Shown here one piece after another: positions 21,749-31,437 of a DNA stretch of 64,000 nucleotides. Source of the DNA: Alphaproteobacteria bacterium (GTDB lineage Bacteria > Pseudomonadota > Alphaproteobacteria > GCA-2731375); the NCBI GenBank assembly GCA_965232515.1, contig CBDDPY010000002.1:3072001-3136000 (forward strand), in the 5' to 3' direction. Position 1 is the stretch's first letter. Every line of letters starts with the position of its first letter. Below the pieces are notes generated by a model. That model was given only the letters and a program-made list of their open reading frames with translations. It ran no database searches and was not told the origin of the DNA. Position numbers and translations under genes: made by a program.

Positions 21749-23461
21749 CTACCGCCGCCTGCGGAAGCCGACCGATGTCAGCAAGGCGAGCAGGAACAGC
21801 GACCAACCGGGCGGCCCCGGCACCGCCTTGGCCTCAAACGTGAAAAACACCTTGTCCTGGATCTCGTCCGCGCCGGTGTTCCAACGGATCAGGTCGGCGA
21901 GCGACAACGAGTCGAGCCAGGCGATCGTTTCGGCACCGAACCGGCCGGCGGCATACCAGAACGGGTCGCCGTCCCTGAGCGCCTCGAACTGCTCCTTCAG
22001 GACGGTATGCAGGAGCTCGCCGACAACGCCGTCGCCGAACGGGTCCTCGGCCAGCGCGCCGACCCAGAAGTCGATGCCATCGGGGTTCATGATGCCGTTT
22101 TCAGAATAGGCATCGAAGACATGCTGCGGGATCGGCAGATCCGTGGTGCCGAGCGCATCGAGCCCGAGCAGAAGCCGAGCCTCCTCGTAACTCGGCAAGC
22201 CATGATCGCGGCCGCGCTGGATGTTCAGCGCGAACAGATCGACCAGGATCGCCATGCCCGGGCCCGTGATCAGGTTGTTGCGGACGGCATCGACGATCTG
22301 GTTGTCGATGGTCTGTGCATAGCGCTCGGCGAGACCGCGGAACACGGCATCGACACCGACGTCCTGCAGGCAGGTCGGATTGAAGAAGCAGTCGCCGAGC
22401 GGACGCACCTCGGTCGACCCGTCGCCGAAGCGGAAATGGAATTCATTGGAGAGCTGCGTATGCCCGAACCGGAACGTTCCCGTCGAAAACACGTTGCTGA
22501 TCGAGGGATCGACGTCGTCGCGGTAACCGGCATAGTCCGACAGCGCATCCGTTCCCAGCACCGTCGGCAGGTATTCGTTGACGGTGATAGCCTGGACCTG
22601 CGCGGCGACGATCTCGCGCGCGCGGTGATAGACCTGATCGCCGGAGAGGCCGGGATCGGCGGCTTTGATCCCATCGGCCAAGCGGTTGTGCTCGCGTAGA
22701 AACAGCGTGTGCAATGCGGTCAGCGCCGGATTTTCATTCGCGCGCTCATCGCCGGCGACGAACTGGCCGGAAGGATCGACGGGCAGCATGTCGCCCGCCG
22801 AGGTGCGGAGCTTGCCCGAGCCGTCATTCGCCCGCAGCGCGTTCGCCTGCGTTGCGTCAGACCCGTAAACGAACGAGGCGTCGATCCAGCTGGTGATTTG
22901 GTTGATCTGCTGTCGCGGCGTCGATCCGCCTGTCGCCGGATCGAAACGCGAGCGTTCGAACGGGATGGCGCCGGCGGCGCCGACGCTGTCGCCCGGCGGA
23001 ATCGGAATGTCGAACGATTCAGGGGCCAAGGTCGGCGGCTGGGTCAAATTGGTGTCGTGCGCCAGCATTTGGCCGAAGGCCCAGACCATGTCGCTCAAGC
23101 CGCGCGTATTGGGATTGGACGCGGTCTGCGCGCCGAGCTGGTTGCTGAGCTGGCGCGGATTCGGCCGCGCGGCGCCGGCCGGACTGTCGTTGCCGTCGGC
23201 ATAGCCGGACGACAGCCTTCGGCGAAGTTGTGTGCCCGCCCGACCGTAGGACGGATCGGCGGCCGCCACGTAAGAGCCGTCGAACGATCGGAAATCGCCG
23301 AAAACGTCGAAGCTGTCGGGAAAGGCCGTGATCACCTTGGCCTGTACCAGCGCCGGCAGCACGCACACGGCCATCCCCGGCCCGAAACCGGTTCGGATGG
23401 CGCGACCGCATCGTCGCAGAAACTTGCGATGCCGACGCATGGCCCCCACAGCAACTTTCAT
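21749..23461 (-). CDS. Animal-type heme peroxidase (peroxidase-cyclooxygenase superfamily) with PEP-CTERM-like tail; start uncertain
   Basis: GQMLAHD, TSWIDAS, GDERANE, LREHNR, FRFGH, NIQRGRDHG, LRDGDPFWY; C-terminus VPGPPGWSLFLLALLTSVGFRRRR. Confidence 0.9.
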   Translation of the reverse strand: MKVAVGAMRRHRKFLRRCGRAIRTGFGPGMAVCVLPALVQAKVITAFPDSFDVFGDFRSFDGSYVAAADPSYGRAGTQLRRRLSSGYADGNDSPAGAARPNPRQLSNQLGAQTASNPNTRGLSDMVWAFGQMLAHDTNLTQPPTLAPESFDIPIPPGDSVGAAGAIPFERSRFDPATGGSTPRQQINQITSWIDASFVYGSDATQANALRANDGSGKLRTSAGDMLPVDPSGQFVAGDERANENPALTALHTLFLREHNRLADGIKAADPGLSGDQVYHRAREIVAAQVQAITVNEYLPTVLGTDALSDYAGYRDDVDPSISNVFSTGTFRFGHTQLSNEFHFRFGDGSTEVRPLGDCFFNPTCLQDVGVDAVFRGLAERYAQTIDNQIVDAVRNNLITGPGMAILVDLFALNIQRGRDHGLPSYEEARLLLGLDALGTTDLPIPQHVFDAYSENGIMNPDGIDFWVGALAEDPFGDGVVGELLHTVLKEQFEALRDGDPFWYAAGRFGAETIAWLDSLSLADLIRWNTGADEIQDKVFFTFEAKAVPGPPGWSLFLLALLTSVGFRRRR

Positions 23462-23562
23462 CCGCCGCGTGATCGCGGGCGGATCGATTACACCTAGCAG
23501 TCGAAGATGGTAGGCACATCCCCCATTTGGGGGTCAAGCCCCTGGTGCGATCCAGCGATCAG

Positions 23563-24933
23563 TCAGTAGGCGCACTCGGTGAACAGCGGATCGACCGAGC
23601 CCTGCCAGCGGCCGTGGAAGCGTTCCAGCAGTTCTTCGGCCGGCGTCGTGCCCCGGTCGACGATGAGCTGCAGCGCCTCGAGATACTCCGTTTCGTCCGG
23701 CGCTGTACTGCCCTGGCGTCCGCGCGCCTTCAGACCGGACTCGGCGATGGCGATGACCTCGGCGGCAATGTCGCGCACCGCCCGGCCCCGGAACGCGGTT
23801 GCCAGCGCCGTCCGCGGCACCTCGTTGCGCAGCGTCTCGCGCTCCTCGGCCGTCCAGTCCTTGACCAGGTCCCAGGCCGCGTCCAGCGCAGAGCCGTCAT
23901 AGAGCAGGCCGACCCAGAGCGCCGGCAGCGCGCAGAGCCGGGCCCAGGGCCCGCCGTCGGCGCCGCGCATCTCCAGGAACCGCTTCATGCGGACTTCCGG
24001 GAACAGCGTCGTCAGATGGTCTTCCCAGTCGCGGATCGTCGGCCGCTCGCCCGGCAGGGCCGGCAGCTCGCCGGCCATGAACGACCGGAAGGACTGGCCG
24101 GTGGCGTCGATATACTTGCCGTCCCGGTAGACGAAATACATCGGCACGTCGAGCGCGTGGTCGGCATAGGCCTCAAAGCCGAAGCCGTCATCGAACACGA
24201 ACGGCAGCATGCCGGTGCGGTCGGGATCGGTATCGGTCCAGATATGGCTGCGGAAGCTGAGGAAACCGTTCGGCTGGTTCTCGGTGAACGGTGAATTGGC
24301 GAACAGCGCCGTCGCGATCGGCTGCAGTGCCAGGCCGACCCGGAACTTCTTCACCATGTCGGCTTCCGACGCGAAGTCCAGGTTCACCTGCACCGTGCAG
24401 GAGCGGAACATCATGTCGAGACCGAGATCGCCCTTGGCCGGCATATAACGCCGCATCAGGCCGTAGCGGCCCTTCGGCATCAGCGGCATGTCGGCGCGCG
24501 ACCATTTCGGATTGAAGCCGAGGCCGATGAAGCCGGCGCCGATCTCGCCCGCGACCTCCTTCACTTGGGCCAGGTGGGTATGCACCTCGTCGCAGGTCTG
24601 ATGCAGGGTTTCGAGCGCGGCGCCGGACAGTTCGAACTGTCCGCCCGGCTCGAGCGAGACCGAGGCGCCGCCCATGCTCAGCGCGATGACGTTGTCGCCC
24701 TCCATGACCGGCTGCCAGCCGAACCGCTGCAGGCCCTCCAGCATGGCACGGATGCCGCGATCGCCCGCATATTCGAGCGGCCGCAGATCGTCCAGGTGAT
24801 AGCCGAATTTTTCGTGTTCGGTGCCGATACGCCACGCGGACGCCGGCTTGCAGCCCTGCGCCAGATATTCGACGAGTTCGCGCTCGCTCGCGACCGGGCC
24901 AACCGGCACCTTGGACGGACTTAACATCGGCAT
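23563..24933 (-). CDS. gshA: Glutamate--cysteine ligase (alphaproteobacterial/plant type)
   Basis: [42 protein letters not shown]. Confidence 0.96.
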   Translation of the reverse strand: MPMLSPSKVPVGPVASERELVEYLAQGCKPASAWRIGTEHEKFGYHLDDLRPLEYAGDRGIRAMLEGLQRFGWQPVMEGDNVIALSMGGASVSLEPGGQFELSGAALETLHQTCDEVHTHLAQVKEVAGEIGAGFIGLGFNPKWSRADMPLMPKGRYGLMRRYMPAKGDLGLDMMFRSCTVQVNLDFASEADMVKKFRVGLALQPIATALFANSPFTENQPNGFLSFRSHIWTDTDPDRTGMLPFVFDDGFGFEAYADHALDVPMYFVYRDGKYIDATGQSFRSFMAGELPALPGERPTIRDWEDHLTTLFPEVRMKRFLEMRGADGGPWARLCALPALWVGLLYDGSALDAAWDLVKDWTAEERETLRNEVPRTALATAFRGRAVRDIAAEVIAIAESGLKARGRQGSTAPDETEYLEALQLIVDRGTTPAEELLERFHGRWQGSVDPLFTECAY

Positions 24934-25015
24934 CGCTTAGCGGAACCGACGGGCGGATGCAAGCCCTTGGCACGCATGGCAAATATGCGCTGATCGCCGG
25001 CGTTTGACGGCCGCA

Positions 25016-25753
25016 CTAGCGGCAGTCGCCGAGGATCCCCTGCCAGAGAGTCAGCGCCGCCAGCGCCGCCGTCTCGGCGCGCAGGATACGGGGACCCAGG
25101 CTGACCGGCGTGACGAAAGCTTCGCCACGTAGCCGCTCGCGCTCATCGGCCTCGAAACCACCCTCCGGGCCGACCAGAACCGCCCAGTCGCCCGTCGGCG
25201 CGCCGGCCAGCGCCGCCGGCAGCGGCGGCGCCGTCCCGGCTTCGTCGCAGAACAGCAGCCGCCGGCCGCTCGGCCAGGCATCGAGAAGGTCCGGCAGCGA
25301 CGCCATCGGGCGCACGTCAGGCACGGTCAGGCGACCGCACTGCTCTGCGGCCTCGATGGCGTTGGCCTGGAAGCGCTCGAGATTGATACGATCGGCGACC
25401 GTGCGCCGGGTCGTGACCGGTTGCAGCACCGCGACACCCAGTTCGGTCGCCTTCTGCGCCAGGAAGTCGGTACCGGCGCGCTTGACCGGGGCGAACACCA
25501 GCCAGAGGTCGGGGCCCGCGGCCTGCGGCCGCAACGGCTCGACCGGTCGCAACAGGCTGTCGCGCTTGCCGACGGCGTCGATCTCGGCACGCCATTCGCC
25601 GTCGCGCCCGTTGAACACCGCGATCTCGTCGCCCGGCGCGCTGCGCATCACATGGCTCAGGTAGTGCGCCGAATTGCCGCTGACCGGAAACTGACTGCCG
25701 GCCGTAAGATCGTCCGTGACGTAGAGCCGGATTTTCGGGCGCGATGGCGGCAT
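25016..25753 (-). CDS. rsmE: 16S rRNA m3U1498 methyltransferase
   Basis: QKATELGV, EAAEQC, VGPEGGF, LGPRILRAETA. Confidence 0.96.
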   Translation of the reverse strand: MPPSRPKIRLYVTDDLTAGSQFPVSGNSAHYLSHVMRSAPGDEIAVFNGRDGEWRAEIDAVGKRDSLLRPVEPLRPQAAGPDLWLVFAPVKRAGTDFLAQKATELGVAVLQPVTTRRTVADRINLERFQANAIEAAEQCGRLTVPDVRPMASLPDLLDAWPSGRRLLFCDEAGTAPPLPAALAGAPTGDWAVLVGPEGGFEADERERLRGEAFVTPVSLGPRILRAETAALAALTLWQGILGDCR

Positions 25754-25792
25754 GCTTGTCGGGTCCCGGTTAAGACGCTATGAGCCTAACCT

Positions 25793-26713
25793 ATGGTGGC
25801 CGGACGCAGAATCGATATCACCTCGGCCCGCACCGACATCCGGCCCGACCACTGGACGCTGCGGGCGGCGCCGGCGGCCTGGCGGCCCTACCTGCGGCTG
25901 GCGCGCCTCGACCGCCCGATCGGCACCTGGCTGCTGCTCTGGCCGTGCTGGTGGTCGCTGGCGCTGGCGGCCGACGGCTGGCCCGATCCGGTGCTGTTCC
26001 TCCTGTTCGGCCTCGGCGCGCTGATCATGCGCGGCGCCGGCTGTTGCTGGAACGACATCACCGACCGCGACTATGACGGCCGGGTCGAGCGCACCGCGGC
26101 CCGGCCGATCCCAAGCGGCGAGATCAGCGTTACCCAGGCCGTCGTCTTCATGATCTGCCTGTCACTCGCCGGTCTCGGCATCCTGCTGACATTCAACGCC
26201 TTCGCCATCCTGGTCGGCGTCGCCTCGCTGCTGCCGGTGGCGGTCTATCCGTTCATGAAGCGGATCACCTGGTGGCCGCAATTCTTCCTCGGCATCGCCT
26301 TCAACTGGGGCGCCCTGCTGGGCTGGGCGGCGGTCCGCGGCGAGCTCGGCTGGGCGCCGCTGCTGCTCTATGTCGGCGGCATCGCCTGGACACTGGGCTA
26401 CGACACCATTTATGCGCACCAGGACAAGGAAGACGACGCACTGATTGGCGTGAAGTCGTCGGCGCGGCGGCTCGGCGCCGGCACGCGGCCAGCGTTATGG
26501 GCGTTCTATGCCGTCGCCATTGCGCTGTTCACGGCAGCCGGCTGGACGGTCGGCCTCGGTTGGCCGTTCTATGCCGGCATGGCGGTCGCCGCCGCGCAGC
26601 TCGCCTGGCAGGCGGCGCGGACCGATTTCGACGACCCCGGCAATTGCCTCACGGCGTTCAGGTCCAACACCTGGTTCGGCTGGATCGTGCTGGCCGCCGT
26701 TGTCGCCGGCTGA
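25793..26713 (+). CDS. ubiA: 4-hydroxybenzoate octaprenyltransferase
   Basis: RLDRPIGTWLL, NDITDRDYD...RPIPSG, YDTIYAHQDKEDD. Confidence 0.96.
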   Translation: MVAGRRIDITSARTDIRPDHWTLRAAPAAWRPYLRLARLDRPIGTWLLLWPCWWSLALAADGWPDPVLFLLFGLGALIMRGAGCCWNDITDRDYDGRVERTAARPIPSGEISVTQAVVFMICLSLAGLGILLTFNAFAILVGVASLLPVAVYPFMKRITWWPQFFLGIAFNWGALLGWAAVRGELGWAPLLLYVGGIAWTLGYDTIYAHQDKEDDALIGVKSSARRLGAGTRPALWAFYAVAIALFTAAGWTVGLGWPFYAGMAVAAAQLAWQAARTDFDDPGNCLTAFRSNTWFGWIVLAAVVAG

Positions 26714-26717
26714 GCGC

Positions 26718-27041
26718 CTATTCCGCCGCCTCCTTCTTCGGCTTGCCGAAGTCGTAGTGCGGCGCGACGCGGTAGGGCAGCACCTCGATATCCCGCCAGA
26801 CGTCGCCGGTGACGTAGGGGTCGGTGCGCAGCCATTCGTCCAGCTCCTCGCGGCTGTCGAACTCGGCGACCGCGGCCGAGCCGATCATGCCGCCGTCGTC
26901 GCCCAGCAGCGCCCCGCCGATCAGCAGGTGGCCGTCCGCCTGAAGTCGTGATGCGTTGGCGAGATGCGCTTCGCGGGCCGCAAGGCGCCGCTGCAGCGCC
27001 TCTGCGTCGGTGCCGTCGCGGGCGATAATCAGGAACTGCAT
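26718..27041 (-). CDS. YciI family protein
   Basis: RRLAAREAHL, GGALLGDDGGMIGS, DPYVTGDVW; GGAG RBS. Confidence 0.88.
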   Translation of the reverse strand: MQFLIIARDGTDAEALQRRLAAREAHLANASRLQADGHLLIGGALLGDDGGMIGSAAVAEFDSREELDEWLRTDPYVTGDVWRDIEVLPYRVAPHYDFGKPKKEAAE

Positions 27042-27067
27042 ATCGGTCTCCCTCGCTTCCTCGTGTC

Positions 27068-28150
27068 TCAATCGACCTTGAATTCGCGCATCACCTCGCG
27101 CTTCACGGTCAGGCCGTGGCCCGGACGTTCCGGAGCGCGGAAAACGCCGTTCTCGGGCAGCACCGGCTCGACCCAGAGATCGTCCAGCCAGCCCATGTAT
27201 TCGATCATGTGCGCGTTCGGGATCGACGCCATCAGCTGCACCATCAGCTCGGAGAACAGGTGCGGCGCCATCGTCATGCCCCAGGTATCTGCCAGCACCG
27301 CGATCTTGCGCAGCTCGGTCAGGCCGCCACGCATGACGTCGGGCTGCAGGATCGGCAGCTTCGGGTTCTCCAGGAACGGCCGCAGGTCGAAGCGGGTGAA
27401 ATGGCTCTCGCCGCCGACGATGCGTAGGTCGAGCGCGTCCGCGATCCGCATGTAGCCGGCGAAATCCTCGGCCACGACCGGCTCTTCCAGCCAATAGACG
27501 TCGTAGTCCTCGAACTTGCGGCCGGCCTGGATGGCCTGATCGGCGGTCCAGCCCATGTTGACGTCGATCATGATATCGATGTCGGGTCCCAGCGCCTCGC
27601 GCATCTGCCGGACGTGCGCCACATCGGTGCGCCAGTCGTGCAAATGCGCCACCTGCATCTTGATGGCGTCGAAGCCCTGGTCGACATAGCGCTGCGCCTT
27701 TTCGACCATGCCGTCGCCGCCCAGGCCGCGCCAGCAGCCGCTGCCGTAGGCCGGGATCTCGTCGCGGCAATGTCCCCACAGCCGGTGCAGCGGCAGATTG
27801 GCGCGTTTGCCCAAAATATCCCAAAGCGCGATGTCGACCGCCGACATGGCGAACAGCGCCACGCCCATGCGGCCGATCCAGTATGTGCCGCGCCAGAGGT
27901 CCTGCCAGATGCCCTCGATGTCGCTGGCGTCACGGCCGACGAGGCGCGGCGCGATCAGCTCGTTCAGGCAGGCCTCGACCGTCTTCAGGCCGCCGCCCAG
28001 CAGCTGCAGATAGCCCATGCCGACGAGCCCTGAAGCCGTCTCGACCTCGACCACCACCAGTTCGCGGAACTGCTCGATGCTGAGCCCGGCCCGCGGCGGC
28101 TCGACCCAGGGCACACGCAGCAGCGTGGTGCGAATTTCCTTGACGATCAT
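27068..28150 (-). CDS. Mandelate racemase/muconate lactonizing enzyme family (enolase superfamily)
   Basis: DIALWD, IKMQV, IDVN, WLEEP, GGES, QPD...PH. Confidence 0.92.
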   Translation of the reverse strand: MIVKEIRTTLLRVPWVEPPRAGLSIEQFRELVVVEVETASGLVGMGYLQLLGGGLKTVEACLNELIAPRLVGRDASDIEGIWQDLWRGTYWIGRMGVALFAMSAVDIALWDILGKRANLPLHRLWGHCRDEIPAYGSGCWRGLGGDGMVEKAQRYVDQGFDAIKMQVAHLHDWRTDVAHVRQMREALGPDIDIMIDVNMGWTADQAIQAGRKFEDYDVYWLEEPVVAEDFAGYMRIADALDLRIVGGESHFTRFDLRPFLENPKLPILQPDVMRGGLTELRKIAVLADTWGMTMAPHLFSELMVQLMASIPNAHMIEYMGWLDDLWVEPVLPENGVFRAPERPGHGLTVKREVMREFKVD

Positions 28151-28269
28151 GCTTGAGAGGCCTCCATCCCGATACCAGATCATAGCAAGTGCAGCGCCGC
28201 GGGGCCTGCACTTCCCGCCCGTGTTCCGGCGACTGTAGAATTGGCGCAAGCGACGATGGAGATCCAGCC

Positions 28270-28635
28270 ATGCTTCTGGGGCCGATCGATGCCATTCGCG
28301 TCTTTACATTCGATATGCGGACGGCGCGGCCGTTCTACACTGATACTCTGGGCCTGAAGGCCACCCTGACCACCGACGACATCGCCGTTTTCGACACCGG
28401 CGGGGCGCGCCTGATCCTGGAAACCGCGAACCCCGACGACGCGGAGGAACGTGAACTGGTCGGCCGCTTTGTCGGTCTGTCCTTCGCCGTCGATAATATC
28501 GACAGCGTCTGCACCGAATTGCAGAACCGGGGCGCACGATTGGACGACCCGCCGGCGCAGCAGGACTGGGGCGGCACCTTGGCCCATGTCCAGGATCCGG
28601 ACGGCAATATTCTGACGCTGGTTCAGTATCCCTGA
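28270..28635 (+). CDS. VOC/glyoxalase family protein
   Basis: FYTDTLGL, QDWGG...QDPDGN. Confidence 0.9.
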   Translation: MLLGPIDAIRVFTFDMRTARPFYTDTLGLKATLTTDDIAVFDTGGARLILETANPDDAEERELVGRFVGLSFAVDNIDSVCTELQNRGARLDDPPAQQDWGGTLAHVQDPDGNILTLVQYP

Positions 28636-28856
28636 GATTGTCCCGGCAGGCGTGTTTTCCCGCAATCGATCCACACAGGCGGGGGTGCTGCGCTCTGTGA
28701 AACCTGGGGAGAATCGGCTAAACCCGCGTAACTTTGGCCGCCGGCGGGGCCCGTCCTGTGGACAAACCGGCGCATGAAGCATCGGCAAATTTCCGTTAAG
28801 TTATTGCAACATAAGTGTTATTTTCCATCCGACGAAGCGAGAGCGGATTGACGCGG

Positions 28857-30038
28857 ATGAGCGTGGATACCCTGAACGACCGGCCCGACCCGGACACCGA
28901 CGATCTGTTTGCCGACGCCGGCACGACGCCGGCACGAAAGGCCTCGACTCGGGCCGGTATCCTGCCCTCCTCGGCGCTGACGGAGATGATCCACGCCGGC
29001 CAGATCCAGGCGACGGAGCCGATCGGCAAGGGCCAGATCCAGCCGGCCAGCCTGGACCTGCGGTTGGGCGAGCATGCCTATCGCGTACGGGCGAGCTTCC
29101 TGCCGGGCGCCCGATCGGGGGTGAAGGACAAGATCGACCAGTTCCGCATGCACCGCATCGATCTCACCGACGGCGCGGTGCTGGAGCGCGGCTGTGTCTA
29201 TATCGTGCCCCTGATGGAGCATCTGAAGCTGCCGGCCGGCATCTCGGCGATCGCCAATCCGAAGAGCTCGTCCGGTCGGCTCGACATTTTCACCCGGCTC
29301 ATTACCGACAACGCCGTCTCGTTCGACCGCGTCGAGGCCGGCTATCAGGGACGGCTTTACGCCGAAATTGCGCCGCGCACGTTCAGCGTGCTGGTCCGTA
29401 AGGGCACGCGGCTGAGCCAGGTTCGCTTCCGTCGTGGCAGCCGCGAGTTCACCGATGCCGATCTGAAACGCCTCCAGGAACATACGCCGCTGGTGCACGC
29501 GCCGGACGGCGGTCCCGACATCGCCAACGGCATCGCCGTTTCGGTCGACCTGAAGGGCACCGATGCGTCGCGCCTGATCGGCTACAAGGCCAGACGGCAC
29601 ACGGCGCTGATCGACGTGGAAAAGGTCGGCGAGTACGAAGCCGAGGAGTTCTGGGAGCCGATCTACAATCGCAACGACGAAGGGCTGATCCTGAACCCCG
29701 ACGATTTCTACATCCTGGCCTCGCGCGAGGCGGTCACCGTGCCGCCGGACCACGCCGCCGAGATGGTCGCCTACGACACGCTGGTCGGCGAATTCCGGGT
29801 GCATTATGCCGGCTTCTTCGATCCGGGCTTCGGCTATGCCGAGGCTGGGGGTCAGGGCACGCGGGCGGTCCTGGAAGTGCGCAGCCACGAGGTGCCGTTC
29901 CTGCTGGAGCATGGCCAGATCGTCGGCCGGCTGATCTACGACCGGCTGACCGACGTCCCCGACAAACTCTACGGCACCGACATGGGCTCGCACTACCAGC
30001 GCCAGGGCCTTGCGCTGGCCAAGCAGTTTCGCCGCTGA
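28857..30038 (+). CDS. dcd: dCTP deaminase (alphaproteobacterial long form)
   Basis: QIQPASLDLRLG, ANPKSSSGRLD, RVHYAGFFDPGFG, YQRQGL. Confidence 0.93.
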   Translation: MSVDTLNDRPDPDTDDLFADAGTTPARKASTRAGILPSSALTEMIHAGQIQATEPIGKGQIQPASLDLRLGEHAYRVRASFLPGARSGVKDKIDQFRMHRIDLTDGAVLERGCVYIVPLMEHLKLPAGISAIANPKSSSGRLDIFTRLITDNAVSFDRVEAGYQGRLYAEIAPRTFSVLVRKGTRLSQVRFRRGSREFTDADLKRLQEHTPLVHAPDGGPDIANGIAVSVDLKGTDASRLIGYKARRHTALIDVEKVGEYEAEEFWEPIYNRNDEGLILNPDDFYILASREAVTVPPDHAAEMVAYDTLVGEFRVHYAGFFDPGFGYAEAGGQGTRAVLEVRSHEVPFLLEHGQIVGRLIYDRLTDVPDKLYGTDMGSHYQRQGLALAKQFRR

Positions 30039-30167
30039 GCCAGTTTCCTCCCCGATCCACGCGTTGCAAAAGGCGCGTGCGTTCCGTCCTGCTGTTGCGC
30101 TAACCTTTTCGCATTAATGGTCCCTAGGGGTCGTTAGGGACGCAATTTGCAGTGGGGAGGAAAGCAT

Positions 30168-31235
30168 ATGACATCAATAAGGACACTCACGATCGCAGGC
30201 GTCGTCGGCACCGCGATGGCCGTGACGGCCGGCGGCGCATCGGCCGCCTGCAAGGACGATTGGAAGGACTGCAAAGGCAAGGCCTGGGTCGACGGCGATG
30301 TGATGGAGACGCCGCTGGGCTCGAAGTGGTGGCCGCATCCGATGTGGGGTGAAGGCGACGAGGCCGGCTCGACCAACTGGTACACCAAGCCGGAAGTGGT
30401 CATGCGCGCGGTCGCGATGATCAAGCAAGGCAAGACCATGCAGTTGGGGCACCAGTACGAGGCGGCGATGCCGATGTTCGGCGACCGAAAGTTCGTGCTG
30501 CGCATCCCCGGCACGCCGACCGGCGGCCCGTTCGGCGCCATGAAGCTGATGTACAACGATGAGTTCCTGTCGACCGAGATCGGTCAGGCCGGCACACAGT
30601 TCGACGGCCTGGGCCATATCGGCGTCGCCATCGGCGACCCGTCGGACAAGGCGAACATGCGCTGGTACAACGGCTTCACGGCCGCCGAAATGGGCTCGGC
30701 CTACGGTCTGCTCAAGCTCGGCACCGAGAAGCTGCATCCGATCATGGCCCGCGGCATCCTGCTCGACATCGCCGGCGCCCGCGGCGTCGAGGCCATGGAA
30801 GTAGGCGACCTCGTGACCATGGATGACGTCAGAGCCGCCCTGAAAAAACAGGGCATGGAGAACTTCCAGTTCATGCCCGGCGACGCCATCGTGATCCGCA
30901 CCGGTTGGTCGAAGTATTGGATCACCGACAACGAGAAGTACAACTCAGGTGTCCCGGGTATCGGCATGGAAGTCGCGCGCTGGATCGCCGAGGACGTACA
31001 GGCGGGCGTGACGGGTTTCGACACCTGGCCCGGCGACGCGGTGCCGAATCCGGATCCGGATTGCGTGTTCTGCGTGCACACCTACCTGCAGACACGGCAC
31101 GGCATCGTCAATCAGGAGAACCTGAACCTGACGCCGCTGGCCGAAGCGGGCGTGTATCAGTTCGCTTACTTCTACTCGCCGGTGCCGATCAAGGGCGCCA
31201 CCGGTTCGATCGGGCATCCGGTCGCCATGTGGTAA
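30168..31235 (+). CDS. Cyclase family (kynurenine formamidase-like) metallohydrolase with signal peptide
   Basis: WGEGDEAGSTN, GTQFDGLGH, GDAIVIRTGW, ENL, IKGATGS; N-terminal hydrophobic signal ending ASA. Confidence 0.9.
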   Translation: MTSIRTLTIAGVVGTAMAVTAGGASAACKDDWKDCKGKAWVDGDVMETPLGSKWWPHPMWGEGDEAGSTNWYTKPEVVMRAVAMIKQGKTMQLGHQYEAAMPMFGDRKFVLRIPGTPTGGPFGAMKLMYNDEFLSTEIGQAGTQFDGLGHIGVAIGDPSDKANMRWYNGFTAAEMGSAYGLLKLGTEKLHPIMARGILLDIAGARGVEAMEVGDLVTMDDVRAALKKQGMENFQFMPGDAIVIRTGWSKYWITDNEKYNSGVPGIGMEVARWIAEDVQAGVTGFDTWPGDAVPNPDPDCVFCVHTYLQTRHGIVNQENLNLTPLAEAGVYQFAYFYSPVPIKGATGSIGHPVAMW

Positions 31236-31257
31236 GTCGGAAGCATCCGACAAAACG

Positions 31258-31291
31258 AAAGGGCGCGTCGCTGGACGCGCCCTTTTTCTTT
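31258..31291 (+). terminator. Intrinsic terminator after the cyclase gene
   Basis: AAAGGGCGCGTC-GCTG-GACGCGCCCTTT then TTCTTT. Confidence 0.9.
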
Positions 31292-31337
31292 GCCGCCTCG
31301 CGTGCCGGGGGCATTCCATCGGCCATGAAGACCGGCT

Positions 31338-31420
31338 CTTGACCCGTCCCGCTCCCCCACCCGACCACCCATCAAGCATACTTCCGTGGGTGGTCGGGTG
31401 GGGGAGCGGGACGGGTCAAG
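31338..31420. repeat. Perfect 34-bp inverted repeat with 15-nt spacer (REP/MITE-like palindrome)
   Basis: CTTGACCCGTCCCGCTCCCCCACCCGACCACCCA (31338-31371) and its exact reverse complement (31387-31420). Confidence 0.9.
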
Positions 31421-31437
31421 CCCAATGACTATTGATA

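Noticed and set aside
23520-23533. CCCCC-ATTT-GGGGG palindrome upstream of the peroxidase; also searched for a sigma54 promoter
   Set aside because: Too short and low in complexity to call; no TGGCAC-N5-TTGC found
28640-28850. Possible riboswitch upstream of dcd
   Set aside because: No SAM or other aptamer consensus recognisable on either strand
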